From: Chloroflexota bacterium
Lineage (GTDB): Bacteria > Chloroflexota > UBA6077 > FW602-bin22 > JACPRP01
Direction of reading: 5' to 3'
NCBI GenBank assembly: GCA_023480885.1
Contig: JAMCWX010000066.1
Coordinates: forward strand, 37,467-101,466
Length of the DNA: 64,000 nucleotides
A model generated the notes under the pieces. The model made no database searches. It was given only the letters and a program-made list of their open reading frames with translations, and had not been told where the DNA came from. A program made the position numbers and the translations under genes. The first letter of the stretch is position 1. Every line of letters begins with the position of its first letter. Shown here piece after piece: positions 1-9,782 of this stretch.

Positions 1-1082
1 GGGATCACGCCAGGGTGATCCATCTAAAGGCCGGGCCGCTCGAAGCTATACCCAAGAACCAGGTATTTCAGCACCTGCCAGAGTTCATCTGCAGTTTGCG
101 ACGGTTCAAGGAGGAGCAACATCTGCACTATCGCTTGCTGCATAGTCACTACTGGCTGAGTGGTTGGGTGGCCGGGTTACTGCGGCAGCGCTGGAATGTG
201 CCACATGTGGCTATGTTCCACACGTTGGGCGCACTGAAGAACCGGGCTCGACCTGAGGAAAACGAAAGCATCCAGCGCATCGAAACGGAGCACAAGATCA
301 TCGCTTCGGCGGATGTTCTGGTGGTTAGCAGCGATGACGAAAAGTCTCAGATGGTCTCGCTGTATGGGGCAAAGCCTGACAGCATACGAGTTGTACCTTG
401 TGGCGTAGACCTCGATAGATTTCGGCCTTTAGATCGGCTGGAGGCCAAGCGAAATCTCGGCCTGAAAGGGTCGCCTGCGCTGCTGTTCGTTGGTCGCATA
501 GAGCCTCTGAAAGGAGTAGACCTTCTGCTAGATGTTGTGGCCGAGTTGCGTGAGCAATTTGCCAACCTGCATCTACTCGTCCTGGGCGGGGAAGCAAGCC
601 CTTCCCCCGGAAGGGCGAGCCGGAACGGCGAGCTTCGGCGTCTGGAGAACCAGGTCCAGCGGCTTGGCGTCGCCGAGAACGTCTCTTTTGTCGGGGCTAT
701 CGACCAGGAGAAACTCCCATTGTATTACAACGCTGCGGATATCTGCGTCGTTCCATCTCACTATGAGAGTTTCAGCCTTGTGGCAGCGGAAGCTCTTGCT
801 TGTGGCACGCCGGTTGTCGCTTCAAAGGTCGGAGGGTTGCAGAGCCTTGTCGTCGATCATCACAATGGCCTGTTGGTTCCGTGGCGGTCCCCCCAGGCTT
901 TTGCCACGGAAATCAGCTTGCTCTTGCGCAACGAGGAATTGCGAAACCATTTGGCGCTTGCGGCGAGAGAATCGGTGTTCCCGCTGGGCTGGTCCGCGAT
1001 TGCGAAGGACATAGGTTTCCCAATCGACGAGCTTGCGGAGGCGGCTGTGGACAACGAACTCTGCCTCTGCGGCAGATGGTAG
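1..1082 (+). CDS. GT4-family glycosyltransferase, MshA-like (5' end outside window)
   Basis: The frame is open from base 3 to the stop at 1080-1082. The product shows a retaining GT-B/GT4 pattern (HSHYWLSG, FVGRIEPLKG, PSHYESFSLVAAEALACGTPVVAS) typical of MshA/BshA-type enzymes. Confidence 0.8.
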   Translation, partial: DHARVIHLKAGPLEAIPKNQVFQHLPEFICSLRRFKEEQHLHYRLLHSHYWLSGWVAGLLRQRWNVPHVAMFHTLGALKNRARPEENESIQRIETEHKIIASADVLVVSSDDEKSQMVSLYGAKPDSIRVVPCGVDLDRFRPLDRLEAKRNLGLKGSPALLFVGRIEPLKGVDLLLDVVAELREQFANLHLLVLGGEASPSPGRASRNGELRRLENQVQRLGVAENVSFVGAIDQEKLPLYYNAADICVVPSHYESFSLVAAEALACGTPVVASKVGGLQSLVVDHHNGLLVPWRSPQAFATEISLLLRNEELRNHLALAARESVFPLGWSAIAKDIGFPIDELAEAAVDNELCLCGRW

Positions 1083-1111
1083 TGTATAACTAGAGGGGCG
1101 AGGGGGAATAG

Positions 1112-1801
1112 ATGGCAACAGATATACCAACGAGAGTCCTGGCGATTATGGCCCATCCTGATGACTGCGAGTTCACTTCCGCTGGCACGTTCGCAAAGTG
1201 GGTTGCGGAAGGGAGCGTCGTCGAATATGTTCTCTGTACCAGCGGCAACAAGGGCACGTGGGATCCCAATGTAACGCCTGAGAAGATCGCGGCCATCAGG
1301 GAGCAGGAACAACTGGCGGCTGCTAAAGAGTTAGGAGTGGCCCAGTGCATCTTCTTGAGGCACAATGATGGAGAACTGGAAACAACATTGAAGTTTCGCG
1401 AGGAACTTGCCCTGGTGATTCGCCAGCGCAAGCCACAGGTGGTGGTGACGCACGATCCGTGGCGGCACTATATGATCCATCCCGATCACCGTGCTGTCGG
1501 GTTCACGGCAATTGACGCGGTGGCCGCTGCGCGCGATCACCTGTACTATCCCCACCAGCTCAGAGGAGAACTAACACCGCACCGCGTCGAAGAGTTGTAC
1601 CTCTTTGGCCCGCAGGAGCCAAACTTCTGGGTCGACATCTCCAACACATTCGAGAAAAAGCTGGCCGCGTTGTCTAAGCATAAGAGCCAGGTATCGGCTA
1701 TCGACGACTTGCGGGAGAGGCTGCGCGATCTGTCGGCGAGATGGGGCAAGCCCCAGGGGCTTGACCTCGCTGAGGCGTTTCGGCGTGTAGAGGTGCTATA
1801 A
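1112..1801 (+). CDS. PIG-L/LmbE-family N-acetylglucosaminyl deacetylase
   Basis: AIMAHPDDCEF and HPDH motifs mark the PIG-L zinc deacetylase fold. The gene starts 29 nt after the GT4 gene on the same strand. Confidence 0.85.
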   Translation: MATDIPTRVLAIMAHPDDCEFTSAGTFAKWVAEGSVVEYVLCTSGNKGTWDPNVTPEKIAAIREQEQLAAAKELGVAQCIFLRHNDGELETTLKFREELALVIRQRKPQVVVTHDPWRHYMIHPDHRAVGFTAIDAVAAARDHLYYPHQLRGELTPHRVEELYLFGPQEPNFWVDISNTFEKKLAALSKHKSQVSAIDDLRERLRDLSARWGKPQGLDLAEAFRRVEVL

Positions 1802-1841
1802 CAGCATTCTAACGTACAGACGTATAATAGATGGCTAGCAA

Positions 1842-1870
1842 TTGACAAAGAAGCTGTCCGAGGGTATACT
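1842..1870 (+). promoter_or_regulatory. sigma70-like promoter candidate
   Basis: TTGACA (1842-1847), 17-nt spacer, TATACT (1865-1870), about 85 nt upstream of the next start codon. Confidence 0.4.
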
Positions 1871-1954
1871 TCTGTTGAAATGTTTGTTGGCACGTGTATT
1901 GCTGCCCTGGCAAATTGACTCACTGTGTCTTGGCCGGAGAGGAGATCTAGCGCC

Positions 1955-2512
1955 GTGATTGAGATGGTCGTCGAGAGCGTTAGAGTGAACCTGCAGACCT
2001 ATCAGCGCGTAGTTGTGTTGAAAGAGAAGGCTTCCGATCGGTATCTTCCTATCTGGATAGGAAGTAACGAGGCTGACGCCATCGTCATTCAATTACAGAA
2101 TGTGGCTGTCCCTCGCCCACAGACCCATGACCTGCTGAAGTCTGTAATCCTCGAGCTGGGTGCCAAAGTAACAAAGATCGTGGTCAACGATCTGGCCGAT
2201 GACGTTTTCTATGCGCGTATCCTGATAGATTTTGATGGAAGACACGTCGAGGTGGACTCTCGTCCAAGCGACGCCATTGCGCTCGCGGTGCGCTTGAAAG
2301 TGCCGATCTTCGTCGAGGAGGCTGTCCTCGAAAAGGCCGCTATAACCTTGGACGCCGATGCTATCGAAGGGGCAGGTGAGCGCGCTGAGGCCAGGCCGCC
2401 TCAGATAAGAGAGGAGGAACTCAAGAAGCTATCTGCTTTTCGTGAGTTCATCAACACTCTCGACCTCGACGACTTCGACAAAGGCGAACGTAGAGAAGAT
2501 AAGGATCAATGA
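1955..2512 (+). CDS. bifunctional nuclease (DUF151/BFN) family protein
   Basis: Motifs LPIWIGSNEADAI, RPQTHDLL and DSRPSDAIALAVR fit the family. GTG 1955 lies 10 nt after GGAGAGGAG. ATG 1964 is an alternative, and the track ORF starts at 1925. Confidence 0.75.
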   Translation: MIEMVVESVRVNLQTYQRVVVLKEKASDRYLPIWIGSNEADAIVIQLQNVAVPRPQTHDLLKSVILELGAKVTKIVVNDLADDVFYARILIDFDGRHVEVDSRPSDAIALAVRLKVPIFVEEAVLEKAAITLDADAIEGAGERAEARPPQIREEELKKLSAFREFINTLDLDDFDKGERREDKDQ

Positions 2513-2564
2513 TGTTAGCGCTTGCTACGCGCCCATCCGATTCGGAGTGGTTTAGAGTGAGAAT

Positions 2565-2924
2565 GTGCGAGCGATGAACATCGATGAGCGGCGCGTCAAA
2601 GAGATAGTCCTGTCGACCGTTACAAAGTGCGGCTCGTGTGGCCGCGAGTATACCATCGAAAACGTCAGTATCCTGGGCCACGAAGAGGAACTCTGGTTCT
2701 TGATGATCGTTTGCGACGGCTGCAACAGTCGCGGTCTCATCGCCGCCCTAATTAAAGAGCAAAAACAGCGGCCGATGATCACCGAGCTGAGTGAAGAACA
2801 ATTCTCGAAATTTGCCGCCAAGGTAGGCGCCGATGACGTGTTGGCAATGCACGAGTTCCTGAAGGATTTCGACGGCGATTTCGTCAATCTATTCGATAAG
2901 AAGGAAGGCGCTCACGGTGTCTGA
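2565..2924 (+). CDS. hypothetical protein with a CxxC...CxxC zinc-ribbon-like pair
   Basis: The 119-aa ORF contains CGSCG and CDGCN pairs. ATG 2574 is an alternative start. I do not recognise a family. Confidence 0.5.
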   Translation: MRAMNIDERRVKEIVLSTVTKCGSCGREYTIENVSILGHEEELWFLMIVCDGCNSRGLIAALIKEQKQRPMITELSEEQFSKFAAKVGADDVLAMHEFLKDFDGDFVNLFDKKEGAHGV

Positions 2925-3008
2925 CTGAGGCCGCAAGCTGGCTCCTACGCGCCTCAGCGAGGCAAACGCGGCGCCGCGCGAAGTTGAGTGCTATTTGGTA
3001 AGTTCAGT

Positions 3009-3043
3009 TCCCTTTTGACTCGAAGCAAAAGGGACTTTTTGTT
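3009..3043 (+). terminator. rho-independent terminator candidate
   Basis: 9-bp stem TCCCTTTTG/CAAAAGGGA (3009-3017 / 3026-3034), 8-nt loop, then CTTTTTGTT. Confidence 0.5.
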
Positions 3044-3067
3044 CGGATTGGGAGGAGTGGACAGCAG

Positions 3068-4777
3068 ATGAAAAAGGGGTATTTTTGCTTTGTACTTCAC
3101 AGCCACCTACCATATGTGCGGAAGGCAGGTAGATGGCCTCACGGCGAAGAGATGGTGCACGAAGCTCTCGCCGAAACCTATATCCCGCTGCTCGACGCGT
3201 TGTATGACCTGAAACAAGACGGCTTTGCCCCAAAGCTTACGCTTGGGTTGACGCCTATTCTGATCGAACAGCTCTCGGACAAAGCGGTAAAGGAGCACTT
3301 CGAGCTCTATCTCTTGGAAAGGTTGGAGACCGTACAAGAAGACGTAGAGCGCTACGAAAGGGAGCAGCACGGCCATCTGCTCTACCTGGCGAGGTTCTAT
3401 CGCGACTGGTACCGCCACATTCTAGAGAGCTTCCAGGAGCGTTACAAGCGCGATGTCGTCAAAGCATTCGGTCGGCTTTTGCGCGATGGCAACGTCGACA
3501 TCATCACTAGCGCGGCGACGCACTGCTATCTCCCCCTGGCCGAACGGGACTCGACGATCTACGGCCAGCTCAAGACTGGTATCGAGAGCTATCGTCGGCA
3601 CTTCGGGCAGAGTCCGCGTGGCATCTGGCTACCTGAGTGCGGCTACCGCCCAGGCTACTTCAAAGAAAACGGCAAGGCATACTACAAGCCAGGACTGGAG
3701 GAGTTTCTGGCCGATTTCAATCTGCAGTATTTCTTCACCGACACTCACGTGATCCAGGGGGGCGAGCTTATTGGCAAGGTCGCCGGGGACGTCGCTGGCC
3801 CGTATGGGGGGTTACCAAATCGCAAGCTTGTCACGAAGGTCGACAAGCGACCGAAGGCCAAGGATAGGACGACTTTCAGACCATACTACGTCGAGTCGAC
3901 GAAAGTGGCCGTCTTTGGCCGCGATGCGAGGACAGGCCTTCAGGTGTGGTCGGCAGCTCATGGCTACCCGGGGGATTTCGTATACAGGGAATTCCATCGG
4001 AAGGACAGCGCTTCAGGCATGCAGTATTGGAAGGTGACCGGGGCGGGCACCGACCTGGGCGATAAGGAGTTCTACGATCCAGCGCCAGCGCTTGAAACTG
4101 CGCGGCATCACGCCCAACATTTCGCCCACCTGGTACAGGGCCTGGTTAACGGCTACTACACTCGTAAGGAATCGCCTGGCATCGTGGTATCAGCCTACGA
4201 TACCGAATTGTTCGGCCACTGGTGGTTCGAAGGTGTTTACTGGCTCAAGGAAGTGCTCAGGAACCTCTGCCAGAACGAAGATGTCGGACTAACGACGGCC
4301 TACGACTACATCAAGTCTTATCCGCCGCAGGAAGTCCTCTCGATTCCCGAGAGCTCCTGGGGATTGGGTGGTGGACACTGGACGTGGTCGAATCCTGGGA
4401 CGGAATGGATGTGGCCGCTCATCCATGCGGCGGAGCGCAGGATGGAGCAGGTCGTGGAGAGGTATCCAGATTCAAGCGGCGACCAGTTGGCGCTGCTCAA
4501 CCAGGCTGCCAGGGAGTTAGTGCTGCTCGAGTCTAGCGACTGGCCGTTCCTGATCAGCACCGGCCAGGCCAAGGAGTACGCCACAGGAAGGTTCCAGCAG
4601 CACGTGGCGCGGTTCAACCATCTGCTATCGATCGTCGAGGCAGGTCAAGTCAGTTCCGAGGATGCCCGATTCCTCCATACGACGGTTGATCTCGATAACC
4701 CATTCCCGACCATCGATTACCGCGCGTTCAAGGAGCGGGAGCAAGCAGCAACGCCGCCAGTGGCGGCCGCAAGGTAG
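3068..4777 (+). CDS. GH57-family 1,4-alpha-glucan branching enzyme
   Basis: The N-terminus FVLHSHLPYVR...WPHGEE plus TELFGHWWFEG and ESSDWPFLISTGQAKEYA are collinear with Thermus-type GH57 branching enzymes, as I recall them. Confidence 0.9.
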   Translation: MKKGYFCFVLHSHLPYVRKAGRWPHGEEMVHEALAETYIPLLDALYDLKQDGFAPKLTLGLTPILIEQLSDKAVKEHFELYLLERLETVQEDVERYEREQHGHLLYLARFYRDWYRHILESFQERYKRDVVKAFGRLLRDGNVDIITSAATHCYLPLAERDSTIYGQLKTGIESYRRHFGQSPRGIWLPECGYRPGYFKENGKAYYKPGLEEFLADFNLQYFFTDTHVIQGGELIGKVAGDVAGPYGGLPNRKLVTKVDKRPKAKDRTTFRPYYVESTKVAVFGRDARTGLQVWSAAHGYPGDFVYREFHRKDSASGMQYWKVTGAGTDLGDKEFYDPAPALETARHHAQHFAHLVQGLVNGYYTRKESPGIVVSAYDTELFGHWWFEGVYWLKEVLRNLCQNEDVGLTTAYDYIKSYPPQEVLSIPESSWGLGGGHWTWSNPGTEWMWPLIHAAERRMEQVVERYPDSSGDQLALLNQAARELVLLESSDWPFLISTGQAKEYATGRFQQHVARFNHLLSIVEAGQVSSEDARFLHTTVDLDNPFPTIDYRAFKEREQAATPPVAAAR

Positions 4778-4840
4778 GCTTGCGGGCTGAAACAAGGGCC
4801 GAAGTGGCTTGAAAACATTGGATTAATTGGGGCTTTGAGT

Positions 4841-4880
4841 AGCACAGTGCTGCGCTAAACGCGGCGCTGTGCTCTTTTTT
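4841..4880 (+). terminator. rho-independent terminator candidate
   Basis: Imperfect GC-rich hairpin AGCACAGTGCTGCGC / GCGGCGCTGTGCT followed by the T-run 4875-4880. Confidence 0.55.
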
Positions 4881-4896
4881 CGCGTGCGCCGCTGCC

Positions 4897-4925
4897 TTGA
4901 CGCCTTTTTGTGAGTAGCTTACAAT
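4897..4925 (+). promoter_or_regulatory. sigma70-like promoter candidate
   Basis: TTGACG (4897-4902), 17 nt, TACAAT (4920-4925), about 50 nt before ATG 4974. Confidence 0.5.
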
Positions 4926-4973
4926 ATTCTTGCATCTGAATGGATTTCGGCGTTGGGACGGTAACTCTTGGCT

Positions 4974-6149
4974 ATGCGAATCATCCTATACACGGGCAAA
5001 GGCGGGGTTGGGAAGACTAGCGCGGCAGCGGCGACGGCGCTGCGCTGCGCCGAGATGGGCTATCGCACTATCGTGATGAGCACCGACGCGGCTCACAGCC
5101 TCGCCGACTCCTTCGATCAACAGTTAGCTCCTTATCCAAAGAAGGTCGCGCCGAATCTTTGGGGGCAGGAAGTTGACATATTCCACGAGATAAGAGATCA
5201 CTGGGGCACCATCCAGGAGTATCTCGTCGCCCTTATGGCCTGGCGAGGTCTCGACGAGATCGTCGCCGAGGAGTTGACGGTGCTGCCGGGAATGGAGGAG
5301 CTTTCCAGCCTGCTGCTCATCACGCACTATCACGACAGCGGGGACTACGACGTCATCGTCGTCGACTGTGCTCCAACAGGCGAGACCCTGCGCCTGCTGA
5401 GCTTCCCTGAGGTGGCGCGCTGGTGGCTCGAAAAAGTCTTCCCTGTGCAGCGCAAGGCATACAAGCTGCTCAGGCCAATGGTCAAGCCGTTCTCAGATTT
5501 CCCTCTGCCCGGAGAGGATGTATTCGATTCGGTCGAGGACCTGTTTGTGAAACTGGACCAGATGCACGCTCTCTTGTCCGACAAAGACAAGTCGTCTTTG
5601 AGGCTGGTTCTCAATCCTGAGAAAATGGTGATCAAGGAGGCACAGCGCACCTACACTTACCTCAACCTTTATGGCTACAGCACCGATGCCATCGTCTGCA
5701 ACCGCCTCATTCCCCAGGAGGCGCAAGATGGGTACTTTGCTCAGTGGAAGGCAATTCAAAGCAAGCACTACCATCTTATCGAAGAGTGCTTCTCGCCGCT
5801 TCCTATCCTGAAGATCCCGTTCTTCGACCAGGAAGTGCTGGGAATGCAAATGTTGAAGTTGATGGCCGACGCAATGTTCGGCGGCGACGACCCGACCAAG
5901 ATAATGTTCCAGGGGGAGGCGCATAGCATCGAAAAGAATGGCGATGACTTCGTGTTGAGGGTTCCTCTGCCATTTGTGAACAAGGGTGACGTCGAGCTAA
6001 CGCGCTCCGGCGACGAGTTAATCGCGCGGATCGGCAATCAGAAGCGCAACTTGATCCTGCCGCGCGCCGTCGTCGGATTAGAGACGAAGCAGGCGAAGCT
6101 TGAGGACCACGTTCTTAGGGTAGTTTTTGGAAACAACGGTAACTCTTAG
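4974..6149 (+). CDS. ArsA/Get3-family ATPase with a C-terminal HSP20-like domain (not a bona fide arsenite ATPase)
   Basis: It has a deviant Walker A (GKGGVGKT) and the VVDCAPTGET switch. The C-terminal ~90 aa (DDFVLRVPLPF...VELTRSGDELIARIG) look like an alpha-crystallin/HSP20 fold. The As(III)-binding Cys of true ArsA are absent. The track ORF starts at TTG 4968. Confidence 0.8.
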   Translation: MRIILYTGKGGVGKTSAAAATALRCAEMGYRTIVMSTDAAHSLADSFDQQLAPYPKKVAPNLWGQEVDIFHEIRDHWGTIQEYLVALMAWRGLDEIVAEELTVLPGMEELSSLLLITHYHDSGDYDVIVVDCAPTGETLRLLSFPEVARWWLEKVFPVQRKAYKLLRPMVKPFSDFPLPGEDVFDSVEDLFVKLDQMHALLSDKDKSSLRLVLNPEKMVIKEAQRTYTYLNLYGYSTDAIVCNRLIPQEAQDGYFAQWKAIQSKHYHLIEECFSPLPILKIPFFDQEVLGMQMLKLMADAMFGGDDPTKIMFQGEAHSIEKNGDDFVLRVPLPFVNKGDVELTRSGDELIARIGNQKRNLILPRAVVGLETKQAKLEDHVLRVVFGNNGNS

Positions 6150-6167
6150 CAGTTCCGTGGCAAACGA

Positions 6168-6196
6168 TAGACACTGATATTAGAAAAGTGTATAGT
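6168..6196 (+). promoter_or_regulatory. promoter candidate
   Basis: TAGACA (6168-6173), 17 nt, TATAGT (6191-6196), just after the ATPase stop and before the 76-aa ORF and the hem genes. Confidence 0.35.
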
Positions 6197-6216
6197 CTAG
6201 AAAGGTTGGCGCGCTT

Positions 6217-6447
6217 ATGGCGGACCCTGAGAAGAGAAAAGGAATGAACGCTAGCCCGAAAGAGATGGTCGGCGAGTTTCGCTCGCTGGTTCACGAGCTG
6301 TTTCCGCCTGATTTCAGGCAGCACATGTTCGCTATGCGCAAGGAGTTTTATCTCGCAATGCGCAGTCTCATCGACGCTAGAATCGACAGCATGGAGCGTA
6401 AGGAGAAGCTCTCTGCCAAGAAGGCAACGCGAGTTAACGTAGAATAG
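6217..6447 (+). CDS. hypothetical 76-aa protein
   Basis: The ORF ends 5 nt before the next gene and is predicted helical and charged. I do not recognise a family. Confidence 0.5.
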   Translation: MADPEKRKGMNASPKEMVGEFRSLVHELFPPDFRQHMFAMRKEFYLAMRSLIDARIDSMERKEKLSAKKATRVNVE

Positions 6448-6452
6448 GCAAG

Positions 6453-7277
6453 ATGGCTCAATTAAGCGCATTTCTATTTGCCCTGGCACTCCTCGGATAT
6501 TTTGCCGCGTCGGTGCTCTATATTGCTGCGTTGGTGCTAAGAAACCGTCGGCTGGGTGAATGGGCTACGCGGACGCTGGTGGTTGTCTTTGGTATCCACG
6601 GCTTGGGGCTGGGGCAACGATGGGTAGAATCGGGGCACTTGCCGCTCGTGGACCTTTTCGAGGCATTGTCGTTCTATTCGTGGTTGACGATTATCGTCTA
6701 TCTGCTGATTGAGCGTTCGTATGGCTACAAAGCGGTGGGCGCTTTCGTCACCCCCGTCGCATTCCTATCCATCGCCCTGGCCTCCGTCGTGCCGAAGGAA
6801 TCGCGCCCGTTAGTTCCTGTTCTTGAAAGCGCCTGGCTTCCTATTCACGTGGGAATATCGTTCCTGGCCTACACTATTTTCACCATGGCTTTTGCCGTGG
6901 CGATACTCTACTTGCTTCAAGAGCGGGAGCTCAAGGTGAAGAAGCCCAATGCTCTTCTTTACAAGCTGCCTCCCTTGGAGACGATGGAGCGACTGGGCAA
7001 CAATGCCGTTGGCATCGGCTTCCCGTTTATGACGCTATCTATCGCCACGGGTGCAGTGTGGGCCGAACAAGCCTGGGGAAGCTACTGGAGCTGGGATCCA
7101 AAGCAGACAATGGCTCTTATCACCTGGCTGGTCTTTGCCGCGTATTTCCACTTGCACAACGTGGTGGGCTGGCGCGGCAGACGGACGGCGTGGCTTATAG
7201 TGATCGGATTCGCTTCCGTGCTGTTCACTTTTCTGGGGGTGAAGCTATTTGGCCAGGGCCTGCACAACTTCATCTAA
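6453..7277 (+). CDS. CcsA/HemX-like cytochrome c assembly family membrane protein
   Basis: It is polytopic and carries the Trp-rich motif WGSYWSWDPKQTMALITW. Its position directly before hemC mirrors hemX in the Bacillus hemAXCDBL operon. Confidence 0.8.
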   Translation: MAQLSAFLFALALLGYFAASVLYIAALVLRNRRLGEWATRTLVVVFGIHGLGLGQRWVESGHLPLVDLFEALSFYSWLTIIVYLLIERSYGYKAVGAFVTPVAFLSIALASVVPKESRPLVPVLESAWLPIHVGISFLAYTIFTMAFAVAILYLLQERELKVKKPNALLYKLPPLETMERLGNNAVGIGFPFMTLSIATGAVWAEQAWGSYWSWDPKQTMALITWLVFAAYFHLHNVVGWRGRRTAWLIVIGFASVLFTFLGVKLFGQGLHNFI

Positions 7278-7328
7278 CCCGACTAAACCTGCCTCAGAAA
7301 GAAGGTAATCGATATCAAAGAAATAGTT

Positions 7329-8234
7329 GTGGGGTCGCGGGGTAGCGCTTTGGCGCTCTGGCAATCGGAGCACGTCATCGAAAAGCTCCGACATCTCTGG
7401 CCAGATCATCGGTTCAGCATCAAGAAGATCACTACGCAAGGTGATGAAGTTCTCGACGTTCCCCTGGCCAGAATCGGCGGTCGAGGACTTTTCGTGAAAG
7501 AGATTGAGAGTGCGCTGATCTCAGGTGAGATCGACCTGGCAGTTCACAGCCTCAAAGATATGCCCAGCCAGATTGCGTCAGGCCTCGAGCTTGCCGCAAT
7601 TGGCGAACGCGAGGACGCGCGGGATGTTCTAGTCTCCCGTGATAACCTTTCGCTGGCGCAGCTACCCCCGGGAGCGCGCATCGGCACTAGCAGCCCTCGC
7701 CGTGCTGCCCAGCTTCTCGCTTACAGACCAGATCTGCAGTTGGTGAATATGCGCGGAAATCTGGACACCCGCCTGCGTAAAGCCAGGAGCGAGGATTACG
7801 AGGGAGCCATACTCGCTGCGGCGGGCCTGATTCGTATGGGCTGGGCAGGTTACATCAGCGAGTACATTCCAATGGACGTTTGTCTCCCAGCCATTGGCCA
7901 GGGCGCTTTAGCCATTGAAACCCGTGCTGGCGACGAGGATGTGGAGCGGCTGGTGGCACCATTGGACCATAAAGAAACGAGGGCCGCGGTTGTTGCCGAG
8001 AGGGCTTTGATGCGGGCGTTGGGCGGAGGATGCCAGGCGCCAGTGGGAGCCTATGGCCTGGCGCAGGGCAATGTTCTGGAGCTGCGAGGAGTGGTTGCCT
8101 CGCTCGACGGCGAACGCGTTCTGCGCGAGCGGATAGCTGGCAGCGCTGGCCAGGCAGAGCAACTGGGACAAGAGCTGGCGAATATCCTGCTTTCGCTTGG
8201 GGCGGCAGAGATACTCGAAGCCGCAAAAGGGTGA
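7329..8234 (+). CDS. hemC: hydroxymethylbilane synthase (porphobilinogen deaminase)
   Basis: N-terminal GSRGSALALWQ, the RGNLDTRL motif and the cofactor-Cys region GGCQAPVGAY. The GTG start is the only candidate after an in-frame TAA at 7284. Confidence 0.9.
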   Translation: MGSRGSALALWQSEHVIEKLRHLWPDHRFSIKKITTQGDEVLDVPLARIGGRGLFVKEIESALISGEIDLAVHSLKDMPSQIASGLELAAIGEREDARDVLVSRDNLSLAQLPPGARIGTSSPRRAAQLLAYRPDLQLVNMRGNLDTRLRKARSEDYEGAILAAAGLIRMGWAGYISEYIPMDVCLPAIGQGALAIETRAGDEDVERLVAPLDHKETRAAVVAERALMRALGGGCQAPVGAYGLAQGNVLELRGVVASLDGERVLRERIAGSAGQAEQLGQELANILLSLGAAEILEAAKG

Positions 8235-8240
8235 TGTCGA

Positions 8241-9782
8241 ATGGCCGAGGCTGGCAAGGTCTATCTAGTGGGGGCCGGACCTGGTGATCCTGGGTTGATC
8301 TCGATAAAAGGTCTGAGGTGCGTCGAAGAGGCAGATGTCGTAGTCTACGATCGGCTCATCGACAGACAGCTACTTGACGCAGCCAGGCCGGACGCTGAGA
8401 TGATCTACGTCGGCAAAGCGGCCAGCCAGCACACCTTACCTCAGGACGATATAAATGCCTTGCTTGTGGCCCGGGCGCGCGACGGCAAAGTGGTAACGCG
8501 TCTGAAGGGTGGTGACCCATTCGTCTTCGGACGTGGTGGTGAGGAGGCAGAAGTTCTGGTCGCAGCCGGCGTGCCCTTCGAGGTCGTCCCTGGAGTTACC
8601 TCAGCTATTGCCGTGCCTGCCTACGCGGGTATTCCGCTTACGCACCGCGATTATGCCTCTACTGTGGCGATAATCACCGGCCGCGAGGACCCCACCAAGG
8701 CTCAGTCGGGAATCGCGTGGGAGAAGATTTCAACAGGCGCAGGCACGCTGGTCTTTCTGATGGGTATGAAGAACCTTCCCCATATCGTCGAGGAACTTCT
8801 GGCGAATGGGCGTGCTCCCGATACGCCTATTGCTCTCATTAGTTGGGGCACTGGCCCACTACAGAGAACTTTGGTATCCACGCTGGCCGATGTAATTGAT
8901 CAGGTGCGGGAAGTTGGGTTCCATCCTCCTGCCGTGATAGTTGTGGGCGATGTCGTCAGTTTGCGCGAGAAGCTTCGCTGGTTCGACAATCGTCCCCTCT
9001 TCGGCAAGCGAGTGCTTGTGACGCGCGCGCGAGAGCAAGCTGGCGCACTATCGCGGCTGCTCGAAGAAAAGGGCGCGGTGGCGGTGGAAGTGCCAACCGT
9101 CAGGATCGAGCCGCCGACGGACGCCGATCCTTTTGAACGGGCCATAGCGCAGCTTGAGAGCTACGACTGGGTTATCTTCACCAGCGCCAACGGGGTGAAT
9201 GCCTTTATGAATAAACTGGGCGAGCTCGATCAGGACGTTCGTGCTCTAAAAGGTGCTCGCCTTTGCGCTATAGGGCCCGCCACTGCGGCCGAATTGAAGC
9301 GCTACAGATTGCGGATCGACTTCGTCCCCGATGAGTTTGTGGCGGAGGCCGTGATCGAGGGACTGCGAAAACTGGGCGTCGGCGGCAAGCGAATTCTGCT
9401 TCCTCGGGCTGAGGTGGCGCGTGAAGTGCTTCCCGTCCAGTTGCGTGAGGCCGGGGCGGCCGTCGATGAGGTCGCTGCCTACCGGACCACGCCGGCACAG
9501 TCGCATAGCGAACAGGCGGTGCGTAGGTTTCTGGACCGGGAAATCGATATCGTGACATTCACCAGCTCATCCACGGTGCGCAACCTCGTTGCTATTCTAG
9601 AAGCCAATGGCCGGAATCGCGCGTCGCGTTTGCTCGATGCGACGGTCAACGCTTGCATCGGTCCGATTACGGCGCAGACTGCCGAGGAGTTGGGCATCAG
9701 AGTGGACGTCGTAGCCAGGGAATATACAATCAAAGGGTTGGTTGATGCTGTTGTGGAGTATTTTCAGGAGAAGGTGAAATGA
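8241..9782 (+). CDS. cobA-hemD: uroporphyrinogen-III C-methyltransferase / uroporphyrinogen-III synthase fusion
   Basis: An N-terminal SUMT domain ([31 protein letters not shown]) is fused to a C-terminal HEM4-type synthase domain of about 250 aa. Confidence 0.9.
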   Translation: MAEAGKVYLVGAGPGDPGLISIKGLRCVEEADVVVYDRLIDRQLLDAARPDAEMIYVGKAASQHTLPQDDINALLVARARDGKVVTRLKGGDPFVFGRGGEEAEVLVAAGVPFEVVPGVTSAIAVPAYAGIPLTHRDYASTVAIITGREDPTKAQSGIAWEKISTGAGTLVFLMGMKNLPHIVEELLANGRAPDTPIALISWGTGPLQRTLVSTLADVIDQVREVGFHPPAVIVVGDVVSLREKLRWFDNRPLFGKRVLVTRAREQAGALSRLLEEKGAVAVEVPTVRIEPPTDADPFERAIAQLESYDWVIFTSANGVNAFMNKLGELDQDVRALKGARLCAIGPATAAELKRYRLRIDFVPDEFVAEAVIEGLRKLGVGGKRILLPRAEVAREVLPVQLREAGAAVDEVAAYRTTPAQSHSEQAVRRFLDREIDIVTFTSSSTVRNLVAILEANGRNRASRLLDATVNACIGPITAQTAEELGIRVDVVAREYTIKGLVDAVVEYFQEKVK

